Source: Eledone cirrhosa (Eukaryota). From it: 42,876 bases of DNA. Below, piece after piece: positions 14,894 to 27,470 of this stretch (position 1 is the first letter of the stretch; every line of letters begins with the position of its first letter). The position numbers and the translations under genes were made by a program. Under the pieces are notes generated by a model. The model was not told the origin of the DNA. It worked only from the letters and a program-made list of their open reading frames with translations, and ran no database searches. The stretch spans positions 1-42,876 of the forward strand of contig CAXHJY010000282.1 in assembly GCA_964016885.1 (NCBI GenBank). Direction: 5' to 3'.

Positions 14894-15799
14894 TTTTTTT
14901 AAAATAATAATGGGATATAACATTTTATAATAATGGAAAAAATATGTCACATGGTGTAATTTAATGATGTCGACAAGTTAGAGAGACAATGAGAAGCTTG
15001 ATTATGTTTCATTAGACTTCCTCTGTGAAGTATAAACTTTACCATAGTTCCCGAAGAACTGATATGAAAATGATTAACCAAGCAGCATATTTCATAACGG
15101 AGTAGTTATCACCACTGTAGACTAATGACTTCTACTGTAAGCCATCATACATTTAGAATTTCACAGCGATTTTACTCCCAGCAGTAAGCTATCTTATTTT
15201 TAGTAGCATCTAAGAAGGCAGTGGGCGCAAACTTTAAATGCTTTGATTGCAGACTGGAAATAGTATTTGGTGTCATGATATGAATCAGCTTAGCGATCTT
15301 TCAGCAGTGTTTCCAATACACAATTTAGTCGGGCATTCCCGATTACACAGAAACATGATAAAATACAACATTAATTGGTCTTTGAACCAATACCTGAAAG
15401 ACTTACCGTTGAAATATACTATAAGTATTTTGTTGCGTGTTCGTACCTGATATTATAAACATTTCATCAATTTGATCAACTGAATGTCCAAGCAAAAGTG
15501 AGATGAATTGAACCGGAATTTCTCATTTGTCTTCATTATGGCTTTCGTTTGATCCCATTTCTTTGAGCTTTGTTAGTTAAAACAACCATGCATATACAAT
15601 AATTATCCACGTTCAAAAATGTCAAGACACGCATACATGGAGTGAAATGGAGCTCCGCCTGATTCAATGACGTTGGAGTTAGTCGATCAAATAGAATAGC
15701 CTAATTGTCGAATTAACATGTAAGTGGTTGCGTATTCCACAAACACGTGTGTCCGCAACGTATTTTCTAAGTAGAATTAGCGTGATACAATATGTAATG

Positions 15800-15903
15800 T
15801 GAAGGCTTAGTGGTTAGAGCACTGGGCTTCAATCCTCGGACCGGGTGATGTGTTGTTTCCTTGAGCAAGACACTTTATTTCACGTGGTTCCAGTTTACTC
15901 AGG
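15800..15903 (+). mobile_element. 5' part of a family B/C tRNA-SINE
   Basis: GGCTTAGTGGTTAGAG...TTCAATCC...CCTTGAGCAAGACACTTTATTTCACG. Confidence 0.7.
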
Positions 15904-16420
15904 GGGTCCCTATCATTAAATTACCCAAGACACCTCCAACGAGATATGCCTTGGAGGAGGCCAGCTAAACCTGCATAAGTGTGAGCTGTAAAACACATAA
16001 TATGTAATGAGAATAACCTATTGATTTAAAAGTTACAATCCATTTGAAGGGATTACAAACAGGTTCCCATTCTTCAATTTCACTCACAAGACTTGGGTAT
16101 ATCCGAGGCTATGACAAAAACATTTGACTCTAAGAACCAGGATCTTATTCAGGACATATGATTGAGAAATAAACTTCTTAACCACTCTGTCATACCTGCC
16201 TCAACGGTCATGTTACATAATACGACAGAGTGCAGTTCTCCACCTGCCCGGCAAGAACTACTCGGTTATTTAAACTAGGAATGGATATTCCAACTGTGAT
16301 GTTACCATCCTCTGCAGAGAAAGGTGCATTCCTCATAGGTTTACCATCAGGAAATATGAATTTAATGCAAGCTATTTTCATTTATCCAGAACATAGGAAC
16401 ATATTCTACGTTAAGGGCAT

Positions 16421-16450
<30 letters not shown>

Positions 16451-16458
<8 letters not shown>

Positions 16459-16607
16459 TAAAATAACAGATTAAAGTTTAAGCAAAGAATCGCTTAAACT
16501 TTAATCTGTTATTTTAATAAATATTTGCTCTACGGTTCTTATATATTTGATATATATTTATCCTTATCGAGCCCTCTTTGGATTTTAGTCTTCAAATTTA
16601 TTATTAT

Positions 16608-16610
<3 letters not shown>
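16451..16610. repeat. (TA)n-flanked fold-back element with a perfect 33 bp inverted repeat (16451-16483/16492-16524); deletion derivative of 31242-31456
   Basis: Arms checked base by base; the right flank is homologous to 31340-31456. Confidence 0.9.
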
Positions 16611-16695
<85 letters not shown>

Positions 16696-16831
16696 TTTAC
16701 CTTAAATATTCACCAAAATTATATGCAAATATAATTATATATAATTATATATATATATAAATATATAAATGGAATAGAATGAAACGAAATTTCATTTCTC
16801 ACTCTTAGTACGGCAGTATATCGTTTCAGAC

Positions 16832-16918
16832 GTTCAACCATCTGGCAGGAAGGTATACGATGCTGACGATAGTTAATAAGCTTGAAACTAGTACATCGTT
16901 CCTGTGTCAGTGTTGAAC
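16832..16918 (+). ncRNA. Type I hammerhead ribozyme (PLE-type), intact core
   Basis: Helix I ACGATG(16857-62)/CATCGT(16894-99), extended past a bulge by CAGGA/TCCTG and GTTCAAC/GTTGAAC; CTGACGA 16863-69; helix II AGTT-AATA-AGCT on a T.T base; GAAA 16884-87; helix III ACTAGT; GUA cleavage after 16893. Confidence 0.85.
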
Positions 16919-16960
16919 AAAAAGGAAGTCCTCTTCTGTGTATGTGTGTAGTTCTCTTCT

Positions 16961-17154
16961 GTGTGTGTGTAGAGTGAAAAAAAGTGTGGGCGTTAGAAAG
17001 CGTTCTATACAGATCACGTTATATATATATGTGTGTGTGTGTATGTGTGTTTATATATATAAACACACATACTCACGCACACACACACGCACACACATAT
17101 ATATATATAACGTAATCTGTATAGAACGCTTTCTAACGTCCACACTTGTTTTCA

Positions 17155-17170
<16 letters not shown>
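16961..17170. repeat. Inverted repeat centred on a microsatellite
   Basis: AAGTGTGGGCGTTAGAAAGCGTTCTATACAGATCACGTTA pairs with TAACGTAATCTGTATAGAACGCTTTCTAACGTCCACACTT; the inner (TG)n/(CA)n tracts are also complementary. Confidence 0.88.
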
Positions 17171-17213
<43 letters not shown>

Positions 17214-17731
17214 TATGTACATATATTTATGTAAAGATATATCTATATTTAATGGAAACGGAAACTTGATAATTTTTTACATGGTTTCTCCTTGCCGCTC
17301 TTCAGATGGTTGTGAAAACCGGGACGTGAAATTTGATTTATATTCAATATAGACAAAAAGCATTGAATAACCTGCGATATAAGACATTAGAACAAAAACT
17401 ATCTTTCTGATGAACAATGTAATATTTGAAAACCAGGAATGGTGATAATTAGAGTAGAAAGATAAAAATGTTCAATCATTTACAATAGACTGGGGAACAT
17501 TCTAATGCGTAAAGTGAAAAATAATTATGCATAATTGTAAAGTATAGATACTGCTGTCTGCAAATGGTCTAATATATGAAAGTATTATGGCGTCTTCAAA
17601 ATGCTTTAAAAATTAAGTATATGTGTGTGTATGTGCGTTTGTGTTTGTGTGTGTATTACTTTTTATATCATTCTAAACAATAATTTGATATTAAAATTAA
17701 GCAAAAGAATTACGAAACTCGAACAACGTAC

Positions 17732-17809
17732 CTGTTACTTTGTAGGAAATCGTAATAGCAACTGTGACAGACGGAGTTTGGATGAAATACGATTGTCTCG
17801 TAGTTTTAG
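17732..17809 (-). other. Candidate 78 nt non-coding exon of the neuropeptide gene
   Basis: TTTCTAG| acceptor and CAG|GTACGT donor in unique sequence, no ATG inside; motif evidence only. Confidence 0.3.
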
Positions 17810-18119
17810 CTAGAAATTTAATTTTCACAGCATCTCGTATCTTTTACCGGAAATTGGTCATTGGGTCAACTCGGTAAGATTTCTACTTACGTTATTATAT
17901 ACGGCTAACTATCACGACTTGATTCAATATACCAATGAGAATTAAAACACAAACACATATACACAGTGATAGTCTTGTAGAAGTCTTGTAGAAGTCATGA
18001 AATAAATTATGTACACACACCCAATGTACTGAGTATTTTATTTAACAGTCGTCTCTTTCCGTTCCTTTACGGAAAAACATTCATTCATACATTCTTCCTG
18101 TCTCTCTTTCCCCCACCCA

Positions 18120-18490
<371 letters not shown>

Positions 18491-18494
18491 TATA

Positions 18495-19086
18495 TTAGCA
18501 GTGGTACCCGGCGTTGCACGGGATACGGTATTGTGAAATATATAACCGCCTTAGCTAAGCTTAGTATTGCCACAACCACGGCTGGCAAAGAAGTAAGGGT
18601 CTGGTGGTACGTAAGTAAGCAACACTGTGGCTTAAAACCTGAGGAAGAAGTTATGTGCACTTACCAACTGTTTGTGGAATGAGTGTGAGATTTGTCTTGA
18701 GCAAGGGTGGCAAAATAACCGGAGGCAGCAGACAGCCAGACATACAGACAGATATTAAAAGGGCGCGTTTTGAACGCTCAGCGAATTCTAGGAAGGGATG
18801 TAATGCAGACAGCCAGACATACAGACAGATATTATAAGGGCGCGACGTTATATGTATGTATCTATCTAAAAAGAGAAAGACTAAGAATTATAGAGAGAGA
18901 TCGCTAAATCGACTAATGCGGCCCCTAGGGCATTGAAAATTTGAGATTTGTTTTGCTCAGAACACTCCCTGAAACATATGTATTACATGTGTAAAGTTTG
19001 AAAACAGTCGGTTGGGTGCTTCTTTAGTTTTAGGGATTCAAACTGACACACACACAGACATACATCCTCAGTTTTATATATATAGA
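18495..19086 (-). mobile_element. Non-autonomous Helitron-like element
   Basis: Minus strand begins TCTATATATATAAAACTG + GTCT-type repeats and ends with the hairpin CCCGTGCAACGCCGGG and CTAA(T); the termini match 33939-34832. Confidence 0.75.
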
Positions 19087-19123
19087 CTAGCAGACAACCA
19101 CGCGAGGGGCGGTTTTCTGCTAG

Positions 19124-19390
19124 TCTATATATCTAAAATAGAGAATGTCTGTCTGTCAGCTCACTAAAACTTGAGAACCATCCAACCGATTGTTTTCAAA
19201 CTTTAGACATGTAATACTTATGGTCCTGTGAGTGTTTTGAGCAAAAGTTATTTCAAATTTTCAATGCTCTAGGGACCGCATTAGGCGATTTAGCGTTCTC
19301 TCTATATAATTCTTAGTCTTTCTTTTTAGATAGATATAACGTTGCGCCCTTATAATATCTGTCTGTATGTCTGGCTGTCTGCATTACGTC
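19124..19390 (+). mobile_element. Second, partial Helitron-like copy, inverted relative to 18495-19086
   Basis: Starts TCTATATATCTAAAA; 19170-19388 is the reverse complement of about 18800-19035. Confidence 0.75.
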
Positions 19391-19915
19391 ATTATGACGC
19401 GCTCAGTGTGTGTGTGTATATATACATGTATCGTAATGCAGACAGCAAGACATAGCTTTCCTTCCCCTCTTCCAGCGTCTCTCTCTCTCTCTCTCCCTCC
19501 CGCTACCCCCCTCTTGTAGTCTGTCTCTTTCTTTCACTCTCACTCTCTCTCTACGCGTCGGACAGACAGACAGAGAAATTGCTGGTTATATATTATAAGG
19601 AGATTACACTCTGTTTAGCTCTACACCTCGCTACTGACGCGAACCTAAACATTGAGTGCTCACCTGGGTAAACCTACAGTAACTTCACGTTACACTCCCT
19701 GGATATATATATATATATATATATATATATCCAGGTATATATATATATATATCCAGGTATATATATATATATATCAAGGTATATATATATATATACGTGT
19801 GTGTGTGTGTGTCTGCGTGTGTGTGTATGTGTTATATGCATGCGTATGCGGCTGTATTTGTATTTATGTCAGTGCTTACGTAATGTAGCGGTTCGTCACA
19901 TTATATATATATATA

Positions 19916-20430
19916 TTACAAAAAAGATAGATGGCATGACAGGCCTTGACTATTGGAGTCGATTAGAAAAGCTCAACCTCTAATCTCTCCAACGTCGCCG
20001 TGAGCGCTACATTATCTGTATGATGTGGAAAATATTCCATCAGCTTTGCCCAAATGATGTTGGCATCACCTTTAATGTACACCCAAGGCTTGGGCCCCGT
20101 GCTATCCGCCCACGACAAAAATCCCACTCACATCACATAACAACAATACAGCACAATTATTTCACCTCAATTGGCCCTGCACTCTTTAGCATTACACCAA
20201 AACACATCAAAACAGAAACAGACCCCATCAAGTTCAAGAAGTCTTTGGACAAATTCCTTCAAGAAATCCCGGATAAGCCTCCTACACCCGGAGATGCCTC
20301 CGTAAACAATAACTCTCTGCTTGAGTGGGCCATGGTGCACAAACCCTGATTTGTAAGACTTTGCCAGGTGGTGCTATTAAGTTAGACATGGCCTGGGCCA
20401 ATACTGACCGAAACCTATCAAAGTTATCAA
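19916..20430 (+). mobile_element. 5'-truncated CR1/L2-group LINE 3' end inserted in (TA)n
   Basis: LDYWSRLEKLNL*SLQRRRERYII..MWKI...GPALF...FKKSLDKFLQEIPDKP...NSLLEW, then a short 3' UTR ending in a TATCAAA repeat. Confidence 0.8.
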
Positions 20431-20510
20431 ATTTATATATATATATTATTAGAAAGTGAGGTTTTTTTTACAACATGAAAAATAACCGAGGTGTCCTACA
20501 CGAGTGAAAG

Positions 20511-20774
20511 TATAAAGAAAAAAAGATGAAATCAAAAATGCAACTGGAGTCTTATTTAAAAAAAAATGATATATATTTATTTGGTTCCTTTACCGGTTTC
20601 GCAGTTCTTCTGCTTTTCAAAAGTAGAGTTGAGATGGAGGGTCTGTGGTTTTTCTCACATCTCAACTCTACTTTTGAAAAGCAGAAGAACTGCGAAACCG
20701 GTAAAGGAACCAAATAAATATATATATATTTTTAAAAATAAACTCCAGTTGCATTTTCGATTTCATCTTTTTTT

Positions 20775-20781
<7 letters not shown>
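20511..20781. mobile_element. Young fold-back element (arms ~125 bp, 21 nt spacer) next to (TA)n, with a hammerhead-like motif in both arms
   Basis: Arms are near-perfect inverted repeats with a spacer at 20637-20657. Confidence 0.9.
20671..20706 (+). ncRNA. Minimal hammerhead with a U3-A8 variant core (identical copy on the minus strand at 20588-20623)
   Basis: CTT / TTGAAAA(20674-80) / GCAG-AAGAA-CTGC / GAAA / ACCGGT helix III / GUA after 20703 / AAG; the proximal helix I is only 3 bp. Confidence 0.6.
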
Positions 20782-20808
<27 letters not shown>

Positions 20809-20955
20809 GGAAATCAGTAAAATCGAATCTCTGGAGGTTTGCAAGCAAATTCGGCCTACTTATATGAAATGATGAGTTAGCAAAGCACTCGATAAGTTGG
20901 GCATTAGAGTAATAACATACGTTTAAATAGCTTGACAAATCGAACAATGTGGTAG

Positions 20956-21084
<129 letters not shown>

Positions 21085-21464
21085 TGTGTTGTTTATTGAC
21101 ATCGAAAAGATGACAGGCAAAGTTGACTTGGGTGGGATTTGAATTCAGATTGCCAGGAACCGGAAGATTATCGAGGCGTTTTTAATTATGCTTTTGAGCA
21201 AAGAAAATAACCTGCCTCGCTTTGATTAGAAGCTAATAACAAATCCTTTATTTTATGTTTATTATATATATTTAAGCTGAATTGATCATTTATAGATGAT
21301 AATCTATATTGCTCGAGATATGCTTTTCATATGTTGCATATTTTTGTTTATTGATCTTTTAGCCTCTACTGTTTGTTTTCCTTCTGTTCTTCAACCATAG
21401 AGAGTTATATAAAGGACAACCGTAGATAAACAATAGTAAAATAGTTAAATATTAACAAGGAAAT

Positions 21465-21822
21465 CTATAAACTCCTTGAAGAGCACACATATACTTACAC
21501 TGACACACATACAGGCATATACACACACACATAACTCCTTGAAGAGCACACCTATATTGTCACACACATATACACACACACACACATACACACACACATA
21601 ACTCCTTGAAGCGGACACTTATACTTACACACATACACACACACAGACACACACACACACACATACACCCACAATAACTCCTTGAAGCGCATACCTATAC
21701 TGACACACACATACAGACACATACACACAGACCCACACACACATAACGCGTTGAAGCGCACACCTATACACACACAGACACATACATATAAATCCTTGAA
21801 GCGCACACCTATACACACACAC
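21465..21822. repeat. Minisatellite, six units anchored on ATAACTCCTTGAAG(A/C)GCACAC with variable (CA)n spacers
   Basis: The anchor recurs at about 21467, 21531, 21598, 21674, 21743 and 21788. Confidence 0.9.
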
Positions 21823-22129
21823 TGACCCCCCCCCCCCTCTCCCCCCACACACATGTATAAACATACTTGATAAGTAGATGCAAATTAGGTTCTGATTTAT
21901 GCACAAGGCCAGCAATAAGTAAATGTAAATTAAAAATATGTAGAAATTTCAGTGTCGGGATATTTAATGATTTTATTTTTGTTGATGTGTGACCATATGT
22001 TACGACTGTAGATTTTATATGCATGTAGATATGTTGTTTTAATTGATGAGGGTATATATCACATCCGATTATGATTGCCTATATGGATGGATATGCTTGT
22101 ACCTTTATGAATTCGTTATTTTGTTTGGG

Positions 22130-22800
22130 TGAAGGCACGTGGCTTTGTGGTTAGGGTATTTGGTTTACAATCGTAAAGTCGTGAGTTCGTTTCAGAGCGG
22201 TGCGTTATGTCCTTGAACAAAACATTTTATTTCACGTTGCTCCAGTCAAATCAGCTGGCAAAAATGAATTGAACCTGTAATTCGAAGGGCCAACCTTGTC
22301 ACATTCTGTGTCACGCTGAATCTCCCTGAGATCTACGTTAAGTGTACGCGTGTCTGTGGAATGCTCAGCCACTTTTGCGTTAATTTCAAGAGCATGCTGT
22401 TACCTCGATCGGATCAACTTGAACACTCGTCGTCGAAACCGACGGAGTGCCTTCTTCTCTTCTCATTCTGTTTGGGTATTAGTGTATATAGAGGTATTAG
22501 CGTAATAACTGGTAAACTAGTGGATGCGCGTATCCTAGTAGTAAGAGTGTTTAATTTACGATCATAATATTCGTGGGTTTCATTACTGGGTTGGGTTGCG
22601 TGTTGTGTTCTTGAGCAAAACACTTCATTTCCCGCTGCTGATAATGAGTACCAGCAATAGCTGGGAGTTTAACCCTGCAATGCACTGGTGCCCTGTTCAG
22701 GGGGAAGTCATGTACTCTCTGTTGCTCTACACTACGAAACCGGGACAAGCACCGGTCTAACGAACCTTCGGGCTTGAGACAGAATTTAGACTAGACTTAG
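22130..22800 (+). mobile_element. Two adjacent tRNA-SINEs (family B 22130-22450; family C 22520-22800)
   Basis: GGCACGTGGCTTTGTGGTTAGGG head, CCTTGA(A/G)CAAAACA body; the second copy has the V-like CCCTGCAATGCACTGGTGCCCTGTTCAGGGG and a TAGAC tandem tail. Confidence 0.8.
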
Positions 22801-23912
22801 ACAGGTACACGCCATATATAAAGTGTACGTGTACGTGTACATCTATATTTATGTATATTTGTTTGTGTTCGTATTGAGTCAGAATATAAAAAAAATATAC
22901 CAAGTTTGTAAGTTTGTGCTTTTCCGTTCGCGTCTGTATACAATTTTTAGTTCAAGGTTCATGGATGTCATATTTTATGTCTAGATGAGATAAATACTTC
23001 ATGAATTTTTAACGAGAAATATTGTTCGGTTTTTAAATAAGAATGTAGTTTTCAATAATAAAAAAAATATGGAAAATAAAAACAAATTGTTTCTTTCCAG
23101 CTTTTGTTTTCACAGTTTCAACATTTCCCTAATGTCTGGAAAATCATGTACAGATTAAACTGATGGATATCGCCGAAATATTTAATATTTACAACAGTAA
23201 TGATTATTACTTTGAAATATAATGTTTTATTGATGAAATGGAAAAAAGAAAAGAAAAGAAAATCTATTTTAGTAGTAAATTAAAACCGTGTGAAGAAGTT
23301 GTTGTGAGACACCATATATGGTAGCACGTTCATAACCTTTGTAATGTAAGCACAATATAGTTTTGAAAATTAAAGATCAAACTATGTAATGACAGCCTAC
23401 TGAAGGCAGCAGTATTGTAATCGAATATTCGTGTGTATCTGTTGAAATTGAGCCAAACACATTTCTTTTCTGCCATGTCACCTACAAAATAAATATTACA
23501 TTTTTAATAATGAAAATGCGCCACCTAATTAGTTTTTCTTACACCTTCTTACTGTCCCAATTGCTAAATGAAACAAGACATATTCTGTAACTTGAAGGTG
23601 GTTCAGTACTGTGCTAACGATGAGAGATAACTATGGATTAACGTCTGTAGCTACCAGGACATATATGTTTTTGAGTAGCAGCGATTTTATGTATTTCAAA
23701 TGGTAAAGAGAATGGCTGATTGAAGCATATATCTTGTTGATCTGTTTGGTTGTATGTAACGAAAAATGTAGACACTTGTAAAGTTAGACAGGAGTTTTGA
23801 TGAAGTAAATTTATGTCACGATTAAGTAGAGTTATTATCAGCATTTGGCCAAAAAGAAGTAGTGTACAGCAGTAGAACAAGTTAAGGATTGGAGAATATA
23901 TTGGTTGAAGAG

Positions 23913-23946
23913 AAATGACGTGTTTTCTAAGCAAATCCCTTTTATA
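23913..23946 (-). promoter_or_regulatory. Candidate Pol II core promoter (TATAAAAG + initiator TCATTT) pointing toward the neuropeptide exon
   Basis: TATAAAAG at 23946-23939; Inr A at 23916, exactly 30 nt downstream; lies in repeat-free DNA; GTAAGA donor candidates at 23552 and 23542. Confidence 0.55.
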
Positions 23947-24899
23947 GCAGGCTCTCTGTAGTACAAAATATCTTAATGATATGGAGTGTCCGGAATATAC
24001 AGGTCACGTATTTAGCAACTAGCCGCATTATTGGATGTGGATGTCATTCTTAAGAAGCTATATTTCATCTTGGAAATTGTAAGGATTCAACGCTTGTGGA
24101 GGTTCAAAAGAAACATCATATATAGAGAGCAGATATATACTTAACTTTAGGCTGATTAGCATTAGATAAATAAGAGATACTGGAAATGAACATTTAGTAT
24201 TAAGTGAAGTAGGAAGCACTGAAAGTTGACTTATTTTACATAGCTTAAAAGTGAAACCACAACCTGAACACATAAATAAAAAACTTTAATTGCGGGAAAA
24301 ACTTTAACTCCCAACACTATGGTGTACATATTATTTATATGAAGTCAGACCGATCGAAACTATCGAATCTCCTCTTTCATTGGAACTAATAATTTAGTAA
24401 ACGCTTTCGTTTGAAATATAGAAATACATTCCGAATATTCTCTTTTATACCAAAGGAATAATTGACTCTGCATATCATACTACATACTTGCTTAGTCTTC
24501 CATTGAGAATATATATATATAAACTGTCAACTGAAAGGAACGTACTTTCACCACCCCGATCAGCATCATCATCATCATCATCATCATCATGTATCACACA
24601 TTCTCATGAACAATAGTAACACTTACTGCAACAAGTACATCAATAAGAATTACAATTATTACAATAGTAAAACATATCGTAATGTATTTATCATGTATGA
24701 GCAATTTTTTTTGCAAGAGGAATCTCTATAATTCTTATTGAAGCTGGTAGAGCCAATAAAACTATCAATCAATTTGACATTCTATTGGTTTTTACTCCTT
24801 GGTACCTAACAAAGAAGTCGCTACCACACAAGAAATTGCTTATGTTGCCTGAATTTCTGATAATATCTAATGAGAAACACTTCTAAATTGAAGTCAGTA

Positions 24900-25058
24900 A
24901 TGGCGATAGCAAGAAAGCCAGCTAAGGTGGTAATAATGGAACGGAAGGCGATAATGACAATAGTCATGATAGATCCGGCGTGGCTACTGTTAGTGAAGGT
25001 GATGATGGTGATGGTGATGACAATGGCGGCTGATGATAATCATGGTGATGATATTATC

Positions 25059-25090
<32 letters not shown>

Positions 25091-25295
25091 CGATTATCAT
25101 GATTATGCGATAATGGTGATGATGATGTTGATGATAATGGTGATGCAGATGACGATGATAATGATTGTGATGATGATGGTAATGCGATAATGGTGATGAT
25201 GATGATGACGTTGGTGTTGATGCTGATGATGGTGGATGATGCTGATGCGATAATGGTGATGATAATGATGATGATGATAATCGTAATGCTGATGG

Positions 25296-25326
<31 letters not shown>

Positions 25327-25430
25327 CGTGGTGGTGGTGATGACGATGCTACTGCTTTTACTGATAATTTCCATGGGGTTGATGATGTGGACAACGACAA
25401 GGTCGGCCATGATGACGAGGGTAATGGTAG
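24900..25430. repeat. Degenerate (GAT)n/(GGT)n trinucleotide array
   Basis: Directly visible; source of the poly-M/D/H/S/I ORFs. Confidence 0.92.
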
Positions 25431-26110
25431 CTAATATACAATTGAAAGCATTGTCCTTCAATATTTTCATTTAGCAATAATATATCATATTGAACTGCAA
25501 TGGATATGTATGGGTGTATTTGTGTGTGCGTGTGGGTGTGCGTTTGTGTATGTGTGTGTGTGCGTGTGTACGTGTGTATGTGTGTGCGTGTGTATACAAT
25601 TGTACATGTGTACGTGTATATATGTGTATTTATGTTTGTTACATATGTTTTATAAACCTTAACAGATAACGACACACATATATATGAATGCCTATACACA
25701 CATCAATATAAATATAAACATAGGTATACATATATATATATGTATGTCTACATATATGTAGACATACATATACATATATACACACACATCAATATACGTA
25801 TAAACATAGTTAGGTATACATATATATATGTATGTATACATATATGTATACATACATATACATACACACACAGACACATATTCGTTTTGATGATTTCATG
25901 CGAATGAAACAGTTCTAATCATGTAGAAGTCATTTCTATATAAAATATAATACTTATAGTCCACCAACTTATTGAGTATGACCTATCAATGTAGTCATTC
26001 CGGACCCCCTTCCGAAATCTACATGTTATATATATATATATATAAACACACACATATATATATAAATCTCTTTCTCTCACTCTCACTTCATATATATATA
26101 AATTATATGT

Positions 26111-26190
26111 TAACATCTCTGTCTGACGACCAATCCAGACGTATATTATTATTGTCTGTGATCCAGAAACCTTTGGTAATGGAGTAGTTA
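26111..26190 (+). ncRNA. Type I hammerhead candidate with a canonical core and an imperfect helix II base
   Basis: CTCTGT(26117-22)/ATGGAG(26179-84) with two G.U pairs, plus TAAC/GTTA; CTGACGA 26123-29; CAGAC/GTCTG stem; GAAA 26166-69; ACC-TTT-GGT; GUA after 26178. Confidence 0.6.
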
Positions 26191-26328
26191 TATTTTGTGT
26201 TGTTCACTTTCTCATTAAATAGCTCTGTTCTATACATAGAGCACTCTTTGTCCCTTTGCTTTTCTTCGGAATTACCTAACACACACACTCACGCATACAC
26301 ACACACACAGACACACACACACACACAT

Positions 26329-26378
<50 letters not shown>

Positions 26379-27149
26379 GTATACATATTAATTAGAATAT
26401 GTGTTAGTTTATGACCGACACTTTTGTATGCCGGGTAGATTACTCAACGAGGTACACAATTGGGTCTGTTACTGCGGAATATAATTATAATCATGAAGTA
26501 CAAGTCAACAGGTTATAATTCACTTCATTTATTCATAGTCGCTGTTATATATATTACAGTGATAACTATTATGCAACATTTATGACCTCACCAGACAGCT
26601 TATGAACAGCCCCACCCCCTCGCGAAAAAACACGAAAAAGAAATAAGAATTACTCCTGTTATTTTGATTTATTGATATGCCTCGTGCTGATATTTGGTGT
26701 TGCTTCCTCAAAGCAACGAAATATATATATCATCGATATATATATATAATATCGATATATATATAAAAGAGATTTTGAATAAATGAAGTGAATTATAACC
26801 CGTTGGTGTGTAATTCATGATTTTACGAATACGTATATAGTTATGTATGAATATACAGTTGATGTGATGATGTAAATAAATATATATCAGGTTCGGACAC
26901 AATGGAATCAAACAACTACTGATAATACCTCCGCCTCACTCGCTCTCCGCATCCGCCAGCATTGTGAACAAATGGAGGCCCACGCGCTGGCCGACAAGCG
27001 TCCCCGGCGGACAGAATAGAGAATATTCATATAATAGGAGTTGAAAGATATTTAATGGCCAGTGTATTATAGTCGAGCAACTTCTATTGTGATCTTCAAT
27101 AGCTCAGTTTCGGTGCTGACACCGGACTATATATTACAGCATTATCATT

Positions 27150-27400
27150 GAATAATATTCTTCAAAGTAGGCAACGCTATATTGGAAGTATTCACATACA
27201 CGGATATATTATATATAAATATATGTAAAATATTAATACGCATGTATATATATATATATATATATATATAACAAAGGAATTGTGGTAAGGAACCAGATGG
27301 ACCATAACGCACCAGAGTACTCAATACTTAGGGTAGTAGAGTGGGAAATAGGAAAAACTATGACCCCGACGGCAGAGCTCAAGCCGTTTCGACGGCCGAT
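27150..27400 (-). mobile_element. PLE-like terminal repeat fragment, second copy at 29160-29390, carrying a half hammerhead
   Basis: Shared GTGGTAAGGAACCAG-TGGACCATAACGCACCA-AGTACTCAATACTTAGGGTAGTAGAGTGGG; minus strand GAAACGGC-TTGAGCTC(T/A)-GCCGTC. Confidence 0.65.
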
Positions 27401-27470
27401 TAACTCACTCGATATACAAATTAGGCTGCTCAGCCGTTAATATGCATAAGCAAAGTATATACTTTCAGAC

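Larger units (their letters stand above)
13036..14956 (+). mobile_element. Chapaev3-type (CMC superfamily) DNA transposon, internally deleted
   Basis: Termini CACCGTGTAACA / TGTCACATGGTG (10/12 inverted match); TAA target duplication at 13033-13035 and 14957-14959; transposase remnant inside. Confidence 0.88.

Noticed and set aside
17275-17450. CTGAAGA..GAAAC (minus, ~17305) and CTGATGA..GAAA (plus, 17407)
   Set aside because: Helix I and helix II do not pair convincingly; at best heavily decayed motifs.
21465-21822. Repeat-spacer pattern resembling a CRISPR array
   Set aside because: Eukaryotic context, spacers are (CA)n variants, repeats are degenerate, and there are no cas genes.
24870-25474. 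Poly-Met/Asp/His/Ser ORFs
   Set aside because: (GAT)n microsatellite that is open in several frames and both strands; no domain signal.
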